This document shows positions 9,610 through 18,903 of a DNA stretch of 64,000 nucleotides, piece after piece. The first letter of the stretch is position 1, and the number at the start of each line of letters is the position of its first letter. The DNA comes from Candidatus Uhrbacteria bacterium. GTDB lineage: Bacteria > Patescibacteriota > Patescibacteriia > UBA9934 > GWF2-40-263. The translations under genes and the position numbers were made by a program. The stretch lies in NCBI GenBank assembly GCA_013204385.1, contig JABMNY010000013.1, positions 517 to 64,516 of the forward strand, read 5' to 3'. The notes beneath the pieces are model-generated. The model was given only the letters and a program-made list of their open reading frames with translations, did no database searches and was not told where the DNA came from.

Positions 9610-10021
9610 TATGTTGCGAGAGATCCTAGGGCGTGCGGAACCATTTTTTCGTAAAGACAAAATTGAGAGGCAGAAAATGGAGCACAGTAAACGCATGAGA
9701 CCTCTTGAACAGCAAGTGAAAGAACTCGAAGCTCGAATGGAAGCGGGTGATGAATCAGATGAGTTGATGGCAATTTATGATCAGGTTTGGGGGCAATTAA
9801 ATGATTTGCGCATGGAGCATGCCAGTGAGAAAGATGTAGTGTCCCCTGAATGGACAACGCTCATGCAAGCGATTGGCACTCTTCCATCAAACGCCAAATC
9901 TGAAGGAGTAAAACCAGCAAATCTGCGTTTGATTATTGATGCAATTGATCGAATAAAAGAGGAAGGAGAAGGGGGTGGAGAGTTTCTAAGAGATGTGGAT
10001 ACGTCTCAAGCAGCAAAATAA
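9602..10021 (+). CDS. Hypothetical coiled-coil protein (139 aa) within the pilus cluster
   Basis: ORF overlaps the pilin stop by 8 nt. No motif recognised. Confidence 0.35.
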   Translation: MNNMLREILGRAEPFFRKDKIERQKMEHSKRMRPLEQQVKELEARMEAGDESDELMAIYDQVWGQLNDLRMEHASEKDVVSPEWTTLMQAIGTLPSNAKSEGVKPANLRLIIDAIDRIKEEGEGGGEFLRDVDTSQAAK

Positions 10022-10076
10022 GAAATAAACGGGGCAATAGCCTCGTTTTTGATTGAAGATGCTATAATAGACCTAT

Positions 10077-10865
10077 ATGTTTTGGATTCCTTTGTTTATT
10101 TTTATCGTCGGTGTGTGTATTGGGAGTTTTCTGAATGTGGCCATTTTTCGAACCCACGAAGATGAATCAATCGTGCGTGGACGGTCAAAATGTCAGACTT
10201 GTGAGGTATCGATTGGTGCGCAAGATCTTGTACCGATTTTAAGTTATCTTCGTCTCAAGGGGCGATGTAGATCATGTAAGTCTGTTGTGTCATGGCAATA
10301 TCCTGTTGTGGAGCTTGCAACGGGGATGTTGTTTCTTTTGATGTATCTCACGATAGATTGGAATATTCCCTATAACCTTGGATTACAAGACATGATGCTT
10401 TTATTGTTTCGAAATTGGGTCTTTGTAAGTTATCTTGTCCTTATTTTTGTCTATGATCTTCGTCACATGCTCATTCTTGACCGATTTACCATTCCTGCAA
10501 TGATCTTTGCTGTCCTTGCGAATCTTTGGTTAGGAGTCATTCCTGGATGGTCTGTGCTTGTTGGGGGTCTTGTGATTGGGGGATTCTTCTGGTTGCAGTT
10601 CACGATTTCAAAAGGGGTGTGGGTTGGTGGAGGAGATATCCGCATGGGAGCGCTCATGGGGTTTATGCTCGGGATTGAACAAGGGTTTGTTGCATTGTTT
10701 CTTGCCTACGTTCTTGGGGCGCTCATTGGAGTTGGTTTACTTGTCTCAAAAGTTGTGACACGAAAGACGCAAGTTCCATTTGGCACATTTTTAGCCGTTG
10801 CAACTGTATTAACACTAATCATCGGTCAGCCGATGATTGATTGGTATTTAGGATTTTTTCTATGA
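10077..10865 (+). CDS. pilD: Prepilin peptidase (A24 family, PilD)
   Basis: N-terminal Cys tetrad (CQTC...CRSC), multiple TM helices, and a conserved Asp in GGGDIRMG. Confidence 0.85.
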   Translation: MFWIPLFIFIVGVCIGSFLNVAIFRTHEDESIVRGRSKCQTCEVSIGAQDLVPILSYLRLKGRCRSCKSVVSWQYPVVELATGMLFLLMYLTIDWNIPYNLGLQDMMLLLFRNWVFVSYLVLIFVYDLRHMLILDRFTIPAMIFAVLANLWLGVIPGWSVLVGGLVIGGFFWLQFTISKGVWVGGGDIRMGALMGFMLGIEQGFVALFLAYVLGALIGVGLLVSKVVTRKTQVPFGTFLAVATVLTLIIGQPMIDWYLGFFL

Positions 10866-12859
10866 CCAAGTCTGAGGCACATGTACGCATTGAACAATTA
10901 AGAGAAGTGATTGCGGAGCATCGATATCAGTATCATGTTCTGGATCAAGCAACGATGTCCGATGCGGCGCTGGATTCTTTGAAGCATGAATTGTATCAGT
11001 TAGAGCAACAGTTTCCTGAGTTCATCACAGCAGACTCTCCAACTCAGCGCGTGGGAGGTGAACCACTCCCAAAGTTTGAAAAGGTTATTCATGCGCGCCC
11101 GATGCTTTCCATGGAAGATGTTTTTTCACAGGAGGAATTTGAGGCGTGGGTGAAACGGTTGGAAAAGGTTGGGGGAGAATCAGCGTGGCCGTTGTTTTGT
11201 ATGCCAAAGCTCGATGGGCTTGCGGTGTCCCTTGTGTATCTCGATGGACTGCTTGAAACGGCTGCGACACGTGGGAACGGAAAGATTGGGGAGAACGTGA
11301 CTCAAAATATTAAGACCATTCAGTCGATTCCGTTGTCTTTACGGAAGCTTCAAGGAAAGAAGATCCCTCATCGTGTAGAAGTGCGAGGAGAAATCTATTT
11401 TCCCGTTCATGCATTTGAGGAACTGAATCGACAACTCGAAAAAGAAGGGAAGCCTATCTTTGCGAATCCTCGTAACACTGCAGCTGGGTCGATTCGTCAA
11501 CTTGATCCCGCGGTCACTGCAGGACGAAAACTTGCTTTTATTGCATGGGATTTGGATGCTGATTTTGGTCAGACATCCATGACAGAAGAATGGAACATCT
11601 TAACCCAACTTGGATTTAAACCAGCTCCGGAATCACAGGTATTTGATTCGGTTGAGACTGTTGAAGCCCATTGGAAGTATTTACAGAAAAAACGTGACGG
11701 TCTCAATTATTGGGTGGATGGAATGGTTGTGCGTGTGAATCATAATCAAATGTACGTGAATCTTGGAGTGGTTGGAAAGACTCCACGAGGACTCGTTGCA
11801 TGGAAATTTCCCGCAGAAGAATCAACAACAATCGTTCTCGAGATTCAATGGACAGTTGGGCGCACAGGAGCACTCACGCCTGTTGCGGTGGTGGAACCTA
11901 CATGGATTGGTGGAACGACCGTACAACATGCCTCACTTCATAATCTTGATGAGATCGAGCGTCTTGATGTTCGTATAGGGGATACCGTTATTTTGTACAA
12001 GGCAGGCGATATTATTCCAAAGATTAAGGAAGTGATTGGAAAACTTCGTCCAGTCGGTGCAAAAAAAACGATTCCTCCAGAATCTTGTCCTGTGTGTGGA
12101 GGCAGAGCGCAAAGAGGTGAGGGAGAGGTTGCGATTTATTGTACAAATCCAACGTGTTTTGTACAGGATCGAGAAGCAACTCTTCATGCCGTACGGGCGT
12201 TTGAGATTGATGGAATTGGACCGTCAACAATCGCTGCGTTACTGGAGAACAGTATTATCAGTACTCCAGCAGATCTATTTGTCCTGCAACCTGGTGATGT
12301 GATTGGACTCGAGGGATTTGCAGAACTCTCCGCACAAAAGCTTGTAGAGGAGATTCAAAAACATAAGTCCATCGCTCTTCCAAGATTTATTCTTGCGCTT
12401 GGAATACGGAATGTCGGAGAACAAACTGCCATCGATCTTGCGAGTCATTTTGGGACTCTTGAAAATATCATGAGTGCTTCACTTGAAGAGCTCATGGTGT
12501 TAGAAGGAATTGGAGATGTTGTCGCAAAGAGTGTTCGCGACTATTTTGAAGAGGAACATCACCAGAGCCTTGTTGCAAGTTATTTTACGCATGGGGTGGA
12601 GGTTGGGGAGCAAAAACAGGTGAGTACTCAAACACACGCAACAGGAAAGACGTTTGTGGTCACAGGAACCCTTGAAACACTTGGTCGAGACGAGGCAAAA
12701 GAGATGATTCGGTTAGCAGGAGGAAAAGTGGCAGGATCTGTAAGTAAAAAGACAGATTTTGTCGTGGTTGGCTTCAATCCAGGGTCTAAATTAGAAACAG
12801 CGAATACGCTTGGAATCCCGACCTTGTCGGAGAGCGAGTTTATCGCTATGCTTTCGTAA
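10862..12859 (+). CDS. ligA: NAD-dependent DNA ligase LigA
   Basis: KLDG adenylation motif (MPKLDGLAVSLVY), OB fold, a Cys4 Zn finger (CPVCGG...C..C), HhH repeats and a C-terminal BRCT. Start at ATG 10862 overlaps the pilD stop (ATGA). Confidence 0.9.
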   Translation: MTKSEAHVRIEQLREVIAEHRYQYHVLDQATMSDAALDSLKHELYQLEQQFPEFITADSPTQRVGGEPLPKFEKVIHARPMLSMEDVFSQEEFEAWVKRLEKVGGESAWPLFCMPKLDGLAVSLVYLDGLLETAATRGNGKIGENVTQNIKTIQSIPLSLRKLQGKKIPHRVEVRGEIYFPVHAFEELNRQLEKEGKPIFANPRNTAAGSIRQLDPAVTAGRKLAFIAWDLDADFGQTSMTEEWNILTQLGFKPAPESQVFDSVETVEAHWKYLQKKRDGLNYWVDGMVVRVNHNQMYVNLGVVGKTPRGLVAWKFPAEESTTIVLEIQWTVGRTGALTPVAVVEPTWIGGTTVQHASLHNLDEIERLDVRIGDTVILYKAGDIIPKIKEVIGKLRPVGAKKTIPPESCPVCGGRAQRGEGEVAIYCTNPTCFVQDREATLHAVRAFEIDGIGPSTIAALLENSIISTPADLFVLQPGDVIGLEGFAELSAQKLVEEIQKHKSIALPRFILALGIRNVGEQTAIDLASHFGTLENIMSASLEELMVLEGIGDVVAKSVRDYFEEEHHQSLVASYFTHGVEVGEQKQVSTQTHATGKTFVVTGTLETLGRDEAKEMIRLAGGKVAGSVSKKTDFVVVGFNPGSKLETANTLGIPTLSESEFIAMLS

Positions 12860-12863
12860 ACAT

Positions 12864-13169
12864 ATGAAATTTTCAAAAGAAGACGTCGTACAAATTGCAA
12901 AGCTTTCCAGACTCCATATTGATGAGGAAGAGCTTAAGCAGTATCAAGAGGATCTCGCTTCTATTTTAGGGTACGTCGAGAAACTTCAAGAATTGAATAC
13001 AGATGATGTTCCTGAGTTCCAGCACGCTGCAGGGGGGGTAAATGTATTTCGTGATGATGTCGTTAAGGAAAGTGATGCAGAGACTCGTCGTCTGGCGATC
13101 GAGAACTTTTCAGAGCGTGAAGGAGATCTATTGAAAGTGCAGGCCGTATTTTCTAATCGAACAGAATAA
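12864..13169 (+). CDS. gatC: Asp/Glu-tRNA(Asn/Gln) amidotransferase subunit C
   Basis: MKFSKEDVVQIAKLSRLHIDEEEL, about 100 aa, immediately upstream of gatA. Confidence 0.75.
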   Translation: MKFSKEDVVQIAKLSRLHIDEEELKQYQEDLASILGYVEKLQELNTDDVPEFQHAAGGVNVFRDDVVKESDAETRRLAIENFSEREGDLLKVQAVFSNRTE

Positions 13170-13171
13170 GT

Positions 13172-14620
13172 ATGGATGTATCAACACTGACAATCAAAGA
13201 AGCGGGTGAGAAACTCGCAAGCGGAGAAATGACCGCTGAGGCGCTTACACAAAACTATCTTGATCGAATATCTGAGCAAGATGAATCTATTCATGCATTC
13301 ATCTCAGTATCAGAATCTGCACTTGATGAAGCAAGAGCTATTGATGCAAGACGGGCTTTGGGAGAATCACTCGGTCCTCTTGCTGGAATTCCAATTGGCA
13401 TCAAAGACAATATGTTGGTTCAGGGGTGGGAGGTTACATCTGCCGCTCAAATTCTTGAAGGACATATTGGAATTTACAATGCAACCGTTATTGATCGTCT
13501 CAAACAGGCTGGGGCCGTTTTGATCGGGGGAACAAACATGGATGACGCTGCCATGGGGTCATCGACGGAAACATCCCATCATGGTCCAACGATGAATCCA
13601 TGGGACAAGACGAAAGTTCCAGGAGGATCAAGCGGAGGGTCTGCGGCTGCTGTCGCTGCAGGATTTGTCCCTGGAGCACTGGGCTCGGATACAGGTGGAT
13701 CAATACGCCAACCAGCAGCATTATGTGGAATTGTTGGACTCAAACCAACCTATGGAAGGGTTTCTCGTTATGGGCTTATCGCGCTTGCATCAAGTCTTGA
13801 TCAGATCGGTCCAATTACTCATACCGTAGAGGATTCTGCGATCATGCTTCAAGCGATCGAGGGGTATGATCCAAAAGATTCAACATCAGCAACGCTTACA
13901 AATACAACCGTTCCATCTTTGATCGAAAAAGATGTGACAGGCATGACACTTGGAATTCCAAAGGAGTACTTTGGAAGTGGGATGGATCCACGCGTGCGTG
14001 ACGTAGTGATGGAAGCGGTGCAAGAGCTTGAGCGTGCAGGAGCCAAGATCAAAGAAATTTCACTTCCGCATGCGGAGTATGCCCTTGCGACGTACTATAT
14101 TATTCAGCCCGCAGAGGCGAGCTCAAACTTAGGTCGCCTAGATGGATTGCGCTACGGGTATCATTCGGGCGGAGAGAACTTACAGGAGACGTATGAACGC
14201 ACCCGCGGGGAAGGATTCGGGACAGAGGTGAAGCGTCGCATCATGCTTGGGTCTTACACGCTTTCAGCAGGCTATTATGATGCGTATTACCGAAAAGCGT
14301 TGAAGGTACGGACATTGATCAAACAAGATTTTGATGAAGCGTTTAAAGATGTTGATGCGATTCTTTCGCCAACCAGCCCAACCGTGGCGTGGAACATTGG
14401 AGAAAAGTTTAACGATCCACTCGCCATGTATTTGGCGGATATTTATACCGTGACTGCAAACCTTGCGACGATCCCAGGAATGTCTGTTCCATGCGGATTT
14501 GTTGATGGACTTCCAGTGGGGCTACAGATTCTTGCAAAACCATTTGATGAATATTCACTCTTTAAAGTAGGGGCGACCTTTCAAGATCGCACTGCCTGGC
14601 ATACACAAACTCCTACATGA
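13172..14620 (+). CDS. gatA: Glutamyl-tRNA(Gln) amidotransferase subunit A (amidase signature family)
   Basis: Amidase signature [14 protein letters not shown] and a catalytic Ser-cisSer-Lys context, 482 aa. Confidence 0.9.
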   Translation: MDVSTLTIKEAGEKLASGEMTAEALTQNYLDRISEQDESIHAFISVSESALDEARAIDARRALGESLGPLAGIPIGIKDNMLVQGWEVTSAAQILEGHIGIYNATVIDRLKQAGAVLIGGTNMDDAAMGSSTETSHHGPTMNPWDKTKVPGGSSGGSAAAVAAGFVPGALGSDTGGSIRQPAALCGIVGLKPTYGRVSRYGLIALASSLDQIGPITHTVEDSAIMLQAIEGYDPKDSTSATLTNTTVPSLIEKDVTGMTLGIPKEYFGSGMDPRVRDVVMEAVQELERAGAKIKEISLPHAEYALATYYIIQPAEASSNLGRLDGLRYGYHSGGENLQETYERTRGEGFGTEVKRRIMLGSYTLSAGYYDAYYRKALKVRTLIKQDFDEAFKDVDAILSPTSPTVAWNIGEKFNDPLAMYLADIYTVTANLATIPGMSVPCGFVDGLPVGLQILAKPFDEYSLFKVGATFQDRTAWHTQTPT

Positions 14621-15372
14621 TCCCTTACTTCAAACTCACAACCCTGACACTAGGCCCTATCACGATTCAAGTGTGGGGTCTTATGGTTGCACTCGGAATT
14701 CTAGCAGCGAGGTGGGTGGCTGGACGGATGGCAAAGTCACGTGGACAAGACGAGAAGATTGTTTGGGACCTGAGTGTCTGGGTGATCGCGGGAGCATTTT
14801 TCATGGCGCGTGTGTTCCACGCAATCTATGAGCCGGGGTACTATCTTTCGGATCCATTCGAGTTTTTACGTATTTGGCATGGAGGGTTTTCTGTCATGGG
14901 AGGATTTCTTGGGGCGCTAATCGTAGGAGTTTGGTTTTTGCGCAAGAAGCAAGTGGATGTGTACGCATATTCTGACACGGCCATCTTTGGACTTCCTCTT
15001 GGACTTTTTATCGGACGTATTGGTTGCTTTCTTATTCACGATCATCCTGGGACTCTGACAAATTTTCCCCTTGGAGTGAATTATCCTGACGGTATTCGAC
15101 ATGATCATGGATTGTATTTATCTCTGAATGGATTGATTCTATTTTTGCTATTCCTTTGGTTACGATATAAAAAAGTAAAAACAGGTACGTATGTTGTCGT
15201 GTTCTTAATCTGGTATGGAACGGTTCGATTCTTCTTAGATTTCCTGCGCGCAACAGATGGGCAAATTATCGATACACGTTACTTCTCACTCACCCCAGCC
15301 CAATACATGGCAATCTTAATGGTAGGTGGGGGAGTGTGGCTTTGGCGGAAAAGATTGTCGAACAAACATTGA
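14617..15372 (+). CDS. lgt: Prolipoprotein diacylglyceryl transferase
   Basis: Polytopic membrane protein with a G-R-I-G-C-F signature (Lgt G-R-x-G-N/C-F) and a conserved WHGG. It overlaps gatA by 4 nt. Confidence 0.8.
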   Translation: MIPYFKLTTLTLGPITIQVWGLMVALGILAARWVAGRMAKSRGQDEKIVWDLSVWVIAGAFFMARVFHAIYEPGYYLSDPFEFLRIWHGGFSVMGGFLGALIVGVWFLRKKQVDVYAYSDTAIFGLPLGLFIGRIGCFLIHDHPGTLTNFPLGVNYPDGIRHDHGLYLSLNGLILFLLFLWLRYKKVKTGTYVVVFLIWYGTVRFFLDFLRATDGQIIDTRYFSLTPAQYMAILMVGGGVWLWRKRLSNKH

Positions 15373-15452
15373 CAAAATATCTGATTAAAAATAGCCTATA
15401 AATAAGGCTATTTTGATTTATCCACAAAAAATGATTATTTTAATCGCCATAT

Positions 15453-16208
15453 ATGCCAAAAATTCCTAAACTCTCTGATGAGACGCTTGAACTCCTTGGT
15501 CTAAAGCCTAAGGATATGAGTGTGTATACCGTTTTATTGAAGCTTGGTACGGCGCCGTTGCGTCGTGTAGCTCAGGAAGCGGGTCTCAACCGCGGAACCG
15601 CGTATGATGCCCTTAAACGGCTCATAGACATAGGTCTTGTGTCTCATATGGATGCAAAGACTCATCGCTACTTTACGGCAGAGGATCCTCAAAAACTGAC
15701 GGGGATTGCCGTGAGGCGGGAGGTTGCAATTCAAGAAGCTCAACTCAAACTCAAAGATGTCGTGCCGCAATTACAAGAGCTTCTGGGTTCAAGTGCCCAT
15801 CGTCCAAGCGTTCGGTATTACGAAGGAGAAAGTGGTGTCCGTGACATCTTAGAAGATGTGTTACGCACTTCTGAGAAGTATGGAGATAAACTCTTTCGGA
15901 TTTACTCCTCGGAAGGCATTCGTGATTTGATTGCGCATGCCTGGCCAGGGTTTATCAAACTACGCGTTCGAAAACATGTACGCGTAAAGACGATTTCCAT
16001 CGGTGCAGGAGGAGTTACACATGGTCTCGACGAGCGTAAATGGCTCACACAGACGAATAAATCTCCCTCGTACATTTTCATCTATCCTCACAAAACTGCC
16101 TTTATTTCCCTTGATGAGAGACAACAACTCTTTGGAGTGATCATCGAGGACGAAGCGGTTTCGGCAACACAAGAAATGATCTTTGATGCCATTTGGAAGA
16201 TGATGTAG
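15453..16208 (+). CDS. TrmB-family (HTH) transcriptional regulator
   Basis: N-terminal winged HTH typical of TrmB (LSDETLELLGL...VYTVLLKLG...) followed by a C-terminal sensor-like domain. Confidence 0.5.
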   Translation: MPKIPKLSDETLELLGLKPKDMSVYTVLLKLGTAPLRRVAQEAGLNRGTAYDALKRLIDIGLVSHMDAKTHRYFTAEDPQKLTGIAVRREVAIQEAQLKLKDVVPQLQELLGSSAHRPSVRYYEGESGVRDILEDVLRTSEKYGDKLFRIYSSEGIRDLIAHAWPGFIKLRVRKHVRVKTISIGAGGVTHGLDERKWLTQTNKSPSYIFIYPHKTAFISLDERQQLFGVIIEDEAVSATQEMIFDAIWKMM

Positions 16209-16288
16209 TTGGACGATTGATTCGCGTGTTTATCTGTCTGATAAACGCCCGAGACAATTCGTTCAATCTTCATGGAGAGACAATTCTG

Positions 16289-16801
16289 ATGCCAAAAGCT
16301 GTTGTTGCAATGTTTTGTGGCCCTCATGACGAGGGTTCTAGGATTCCTCATCGTCGGATCAATCGTGCGGTCGAGTACGCCCTTGCGCGAGGTTTGCCTC
16401 TCGTGATTGCAGGTGACGCCTTTGATGGAACTGAAGCTCGGTATTTCAAAACCCTTGCGAAGAAGAGGGGGGTGCAGATGGTCCTGGTCGCTTTCGATCC
16501 ACAGACGCGCAACTGTACGCTCTCAGATGCGCAAGCCACCATCATTCAACTCCAGGCACTTGGTCTTGATATCAGTCGTGTTTACCTTGTAACGGACTGG
16601 TGGCACATGCTTCGGTCTTCTGTCATGATGATCGGAGAGATTCACACTCGTCATCCCGCACGGGTGGTCCCTGTTCCTGTTTTCAACGGACCATTCCCAT
16701 GCCTTCGCACGCTCTGGAATGAGTTGCGTGGCTCTTGGCACTACCTTACTGGGACGTACGGTCAGCGTACGGTCAACGATCCACTTCGACACACTTCCTG
16801 A
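16289..16801 (+). CDS. DUF218 (YdcF/SanA-like) domain protein
   Basis: Start at ATG 16289 with a GGAGAG SD 10 nt upstream. DUF218-like pattern (VIAGDAFDGTEA ... VYLVTDWWHMLRS). The N-terminal extension in the ORF track is probably spurious. Confidence 0.4.
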   Translation: MPKAVVAMFCGPHDEGSRIPHRRINRAVEYALARGLPLVIAGDAFDGTEARYFKTLAKKRGVQMVLVAFDPQTRNCTLSDAQATIIQLQALGLDISRVYLVTDWWHMLRSSVMMIGEIHTRHPARVVPVPVFNGPFPCLRTLWNELRGSWHYLTGTYGQRTVNDPLRHTS

Positions 16802-16837
16802 CACAGATCCTCTCCCTGAGGAAACGCAAAGCGCTCC

Positions 16838-16868
16838 GCATTTCTGCCGAGCGCCTTTTTATTTAGAG
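16838..16868. terminator. Hairpin plus T-run between convergent genes
   Basis: gcgctccgcatttctgccgagcgc stem followed by ctttttattt. Confidence 0.4.
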
Positions 16869-16881
16869 TTTGTTTATGCTC

Positions 16882-17271
16882 TTAGCTCCAGAGTGTTCCC
16901 CAGAATCCCTTTTTTGGTTGTGGTGAGGCGGATGCAGGTGGGGGAGTTGGGCGTGAAGCACCTAGATTATCGATGAGTGCTTTGACGCGTGCCATTTCCC
17001 GTTCTACAAGCGGTCCCTCATATTCTCCACCGTGCGCACTTGTCCCTTCGTAGCTCGCGGCCTTTTGATCGACATGGAGGTTTACTTGTAGCCCTCCGTT
17101 CATATCTTCAACATACCCATGATAGCGGGGGAAGCGTTCACCAGAGACACGTTTTGTATAACTGATTTGGCCTGCGCGCGTTGTTTGTTCTCCGTAGCCG
17201 AGGCGTCGCATGATGTTTCTCGCGTTATCCGCAAGAGGTCCAGGAAAGAACGTTTTCATAATAATTCTCAA
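16882..17271 (-). CDS. Hypothetical protein, paralog A of a tandem pair (129 aa)
   Basis: Shares the ordered motifs GY...T.RA...FPRYHGY...NLHVD...YEG..V..EM.R with the adjacent gene. Pro/Ser-rich C-terminal tail. Confidence 0.45.
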   Translation of the reverse strand: MRIIMKTFFPGPLADNARNIMRRLGYGEQTTRAGQISYTKRVSGERFPRYHGYVEDMNGGLQVNLHVDQKAASYEGTSAHGGEYEGPLVEREMARVKALIDNLGASRPTPPPASASPQPKKGFWGTLWS

Positions 17272-17272
17272 T

Positions 17273-17623
17273 TCAAGTATCTGAGTTAGTTTTTGGGGTA
17301 TGAAAGATGGTTTTGATGGGGGTCTGTCCGCAGATGCTTTCTAAGATTCTGTGCATTTCTTGATTCACACGACCTCCTTCATAGGCCCAGGCTTGATCAT
17401 GATTCCCTTTGTGTTCAATCGAATCGAGTGCATCAAAATGAAGATCGATCTCCATTCCATCTTCCGTGAGTATTGTGTAAGCGTGGAAGCGTGGAAAGGC
17501 TGGATCATTCAGACTTCGATGATAACACGCGCGTCCTGTTTCAACACAATGTCGAACATACCCTGCTTGAGTCATAAGGGTGTCTGATGCATTTGCGAGG
17601 GGGAGCGGAATAATATGTCGCAT
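17273..17623 (-). CDS. Hypothetical protein, paralog B of a tandem pair (116 aa)
   Basis: FPRFHAY...DLHFD...YEGGRVNQEMHR aligns with paralog A. There is a 1-nt gap to the downstream gene. Confidence 0.45.
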   Translation of the reverse strand: MRHIIPLPLANASDTLMTQAGYVRHCVETGRACYHRSLNDPAFPRFHAYTILTEDGMEIDLHFDALDSIEHKGNHDQAWAYEGGRVNQEMHRILESICGQTPIKTIFHTPKTNSDT

Positions 17624-17977
17624 AAGAGGGATTGGATAGATACTCTATCGTGGTCTGAACACAAGGGTTTTGTCAATGAAGACTCAGTATATATTTGTAT
17701 CCAACGCTTGAGCATTTTATCGCATGATTATTTCGATGTGCCTGTTTCCTAGTCGGACTTATAATGGGGGATTTTCATTTACATAAATGTTTGTTATAGT
17801 TCCGCCCGTTGATCGAGAAAATGTTTCCCGAGGCAAGTCATTAAAACTCCTAGAATTGAATGAGATTTTGACGCCCGAATGAGTACTGAAGGAAACGACC
17901 TTTAGCGGTCGTTGACTGAAGAACAGAATGAGAAGTTAAAAGATCGTCAATTCTACGAATTTTACCCCCCCCTCTAT

Positions 17978-18065
17978 GGAGAGGTCGCATAGTGGTCTAG
18001 TGCGCCGCCCTGGAAAGGCGGTACACCGCAAGGTGTCGGAGGTTCGAATCCTCTCCTCTCCTCCA
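17978..18065 (+). tRNA. tRNA-Ser (anticodon GGA), class II with a long variable arm, CCA encoded
   Basis: Cloverleaf folded by hand: acceptor GGAGAGG/CCTCTCC, D-stem GCAT/GTGC, anticodon stem CCGCC/GGCGG with loop CTGGAAA, a 16-nt variable arm, and T-arm GGAGG TTCGAAT CCTCT. Confidence 0.8.
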
Positions 18066-18106
18066 TACAAAAAGAACTGACACATGTCAGTTCTTTTTGT
18101 ATGGAG
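18066..18106 (+). terminator. Long perfect palindrome (about 18-bp stem) immediately after the tRNA
   Basis: tacaaaaagaactgaca / tgtcagttctttttgta. Confidence 0.6.
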
Positions 18107-18261
18107 GGCAAACCAGAGGTTTGCGAGATTCCGACGATCTGTGCTGAGGAATCTCAGAGGAGAGGATCTTGTTGAGCGAAAAAACGTCCTCGTCAGCGAC
18201 GTTTTGAAAGCGAGACAACATCCTCTCTACTTAAATTCGCTTCATCGCAACACTCCATACT

Positions 18262-18756
18262 CTATTTGTGATGGTCGATGCCTTTGTAAGTAGAGATAAA
18301 TGAAGTGATACGTTCTTCATTGAGTTCCTGCATGTACTCAATGCGACTCCAAGCGGTGAGTGTAATCATGGAGTCCATCGGTTCATAAGGCTCGAGAATG
18401 ACCGATTCTGAATAACGGTTTACGAGCGAAGTGAGCTGATCGATGATGTCCTGATCCGTTCCTGGGAGATAATGGACGATTACTCCACCGTCTTCCAAAT
18501 TGTGAATTTGGAGTTCATCGGCAATTTGTTCTGTGTGCACACCCCACCTTGCGATTGATCCAATATGTGGTCCCGATGTTGGCGGACTAGTCGAATAGGA
18601 CTCATGAGATGTGTCTATTGTTTCAATATGCTGATTCCCCTGAGAGGCAACAAAGTTTTCTGGTTGAGGTCTACTGATTGCCCAAGCAAAAAGAGCGACC
18701 ACAAGAATGATAGGGATAATGATTGAAAGTGCACGAATGATTTTTGTTTTTCGCAT
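18262..18756 (-). CDS. DUF3105 domain membrane-anchored protein
   Basis: N-terminal TM, then PTSGPH ... DGGVIVHY motifs characteristic of DUF3105. Confidence 0.5.
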   Translation of the reverse strand: MRKTKIIRALSIIIPIILVVALFAWAISRPQPENFVASQGNQHIETIDTSHESYSTSPPTSGPHIGSIARWGVHTEQIADELQIHNLEDGGVIVHYLPGTDQDIIDQLTSLVNRYSESVILEPYEPMDSMITLTAWSRIEYMQELNEERITSFISTYKGIDHHK

Positions 18757-18903
18757 AAGTAATTTCAGCTTAGCATTTTATCTAAATAGTTACCAAAAAA
18801 GTGAATCTCATTTTATTCCTGCAAAAACATGTAACCCATCTTTATGCAATGGGTACGAATAGAAAACGCCATTTAAGGTGTTTGAGTAACATATCTATTT
18901 TCT

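Noticed and set aside
16882-17623. Assigning the paralog pair to nucleotidyltransferase (GS..D.D), RelA/SpoT synthetase or GrpB families
   Set aside because: The diagnostic motifs of those families (GS-x9-13-DxD, or RelA/SpoT synthetase blocks at appropriate length) are not present. The proteins are too short for a small alarmone synthetase.
18084-18293. ORF 18084..18293 (69 aa) downstream of the tRNA
   Set aside because: It starts inside the terminator palindrome, is rich in Arg and Cys, overlaps the 3' end of the convergent DUF3105 gene, and has no SD.
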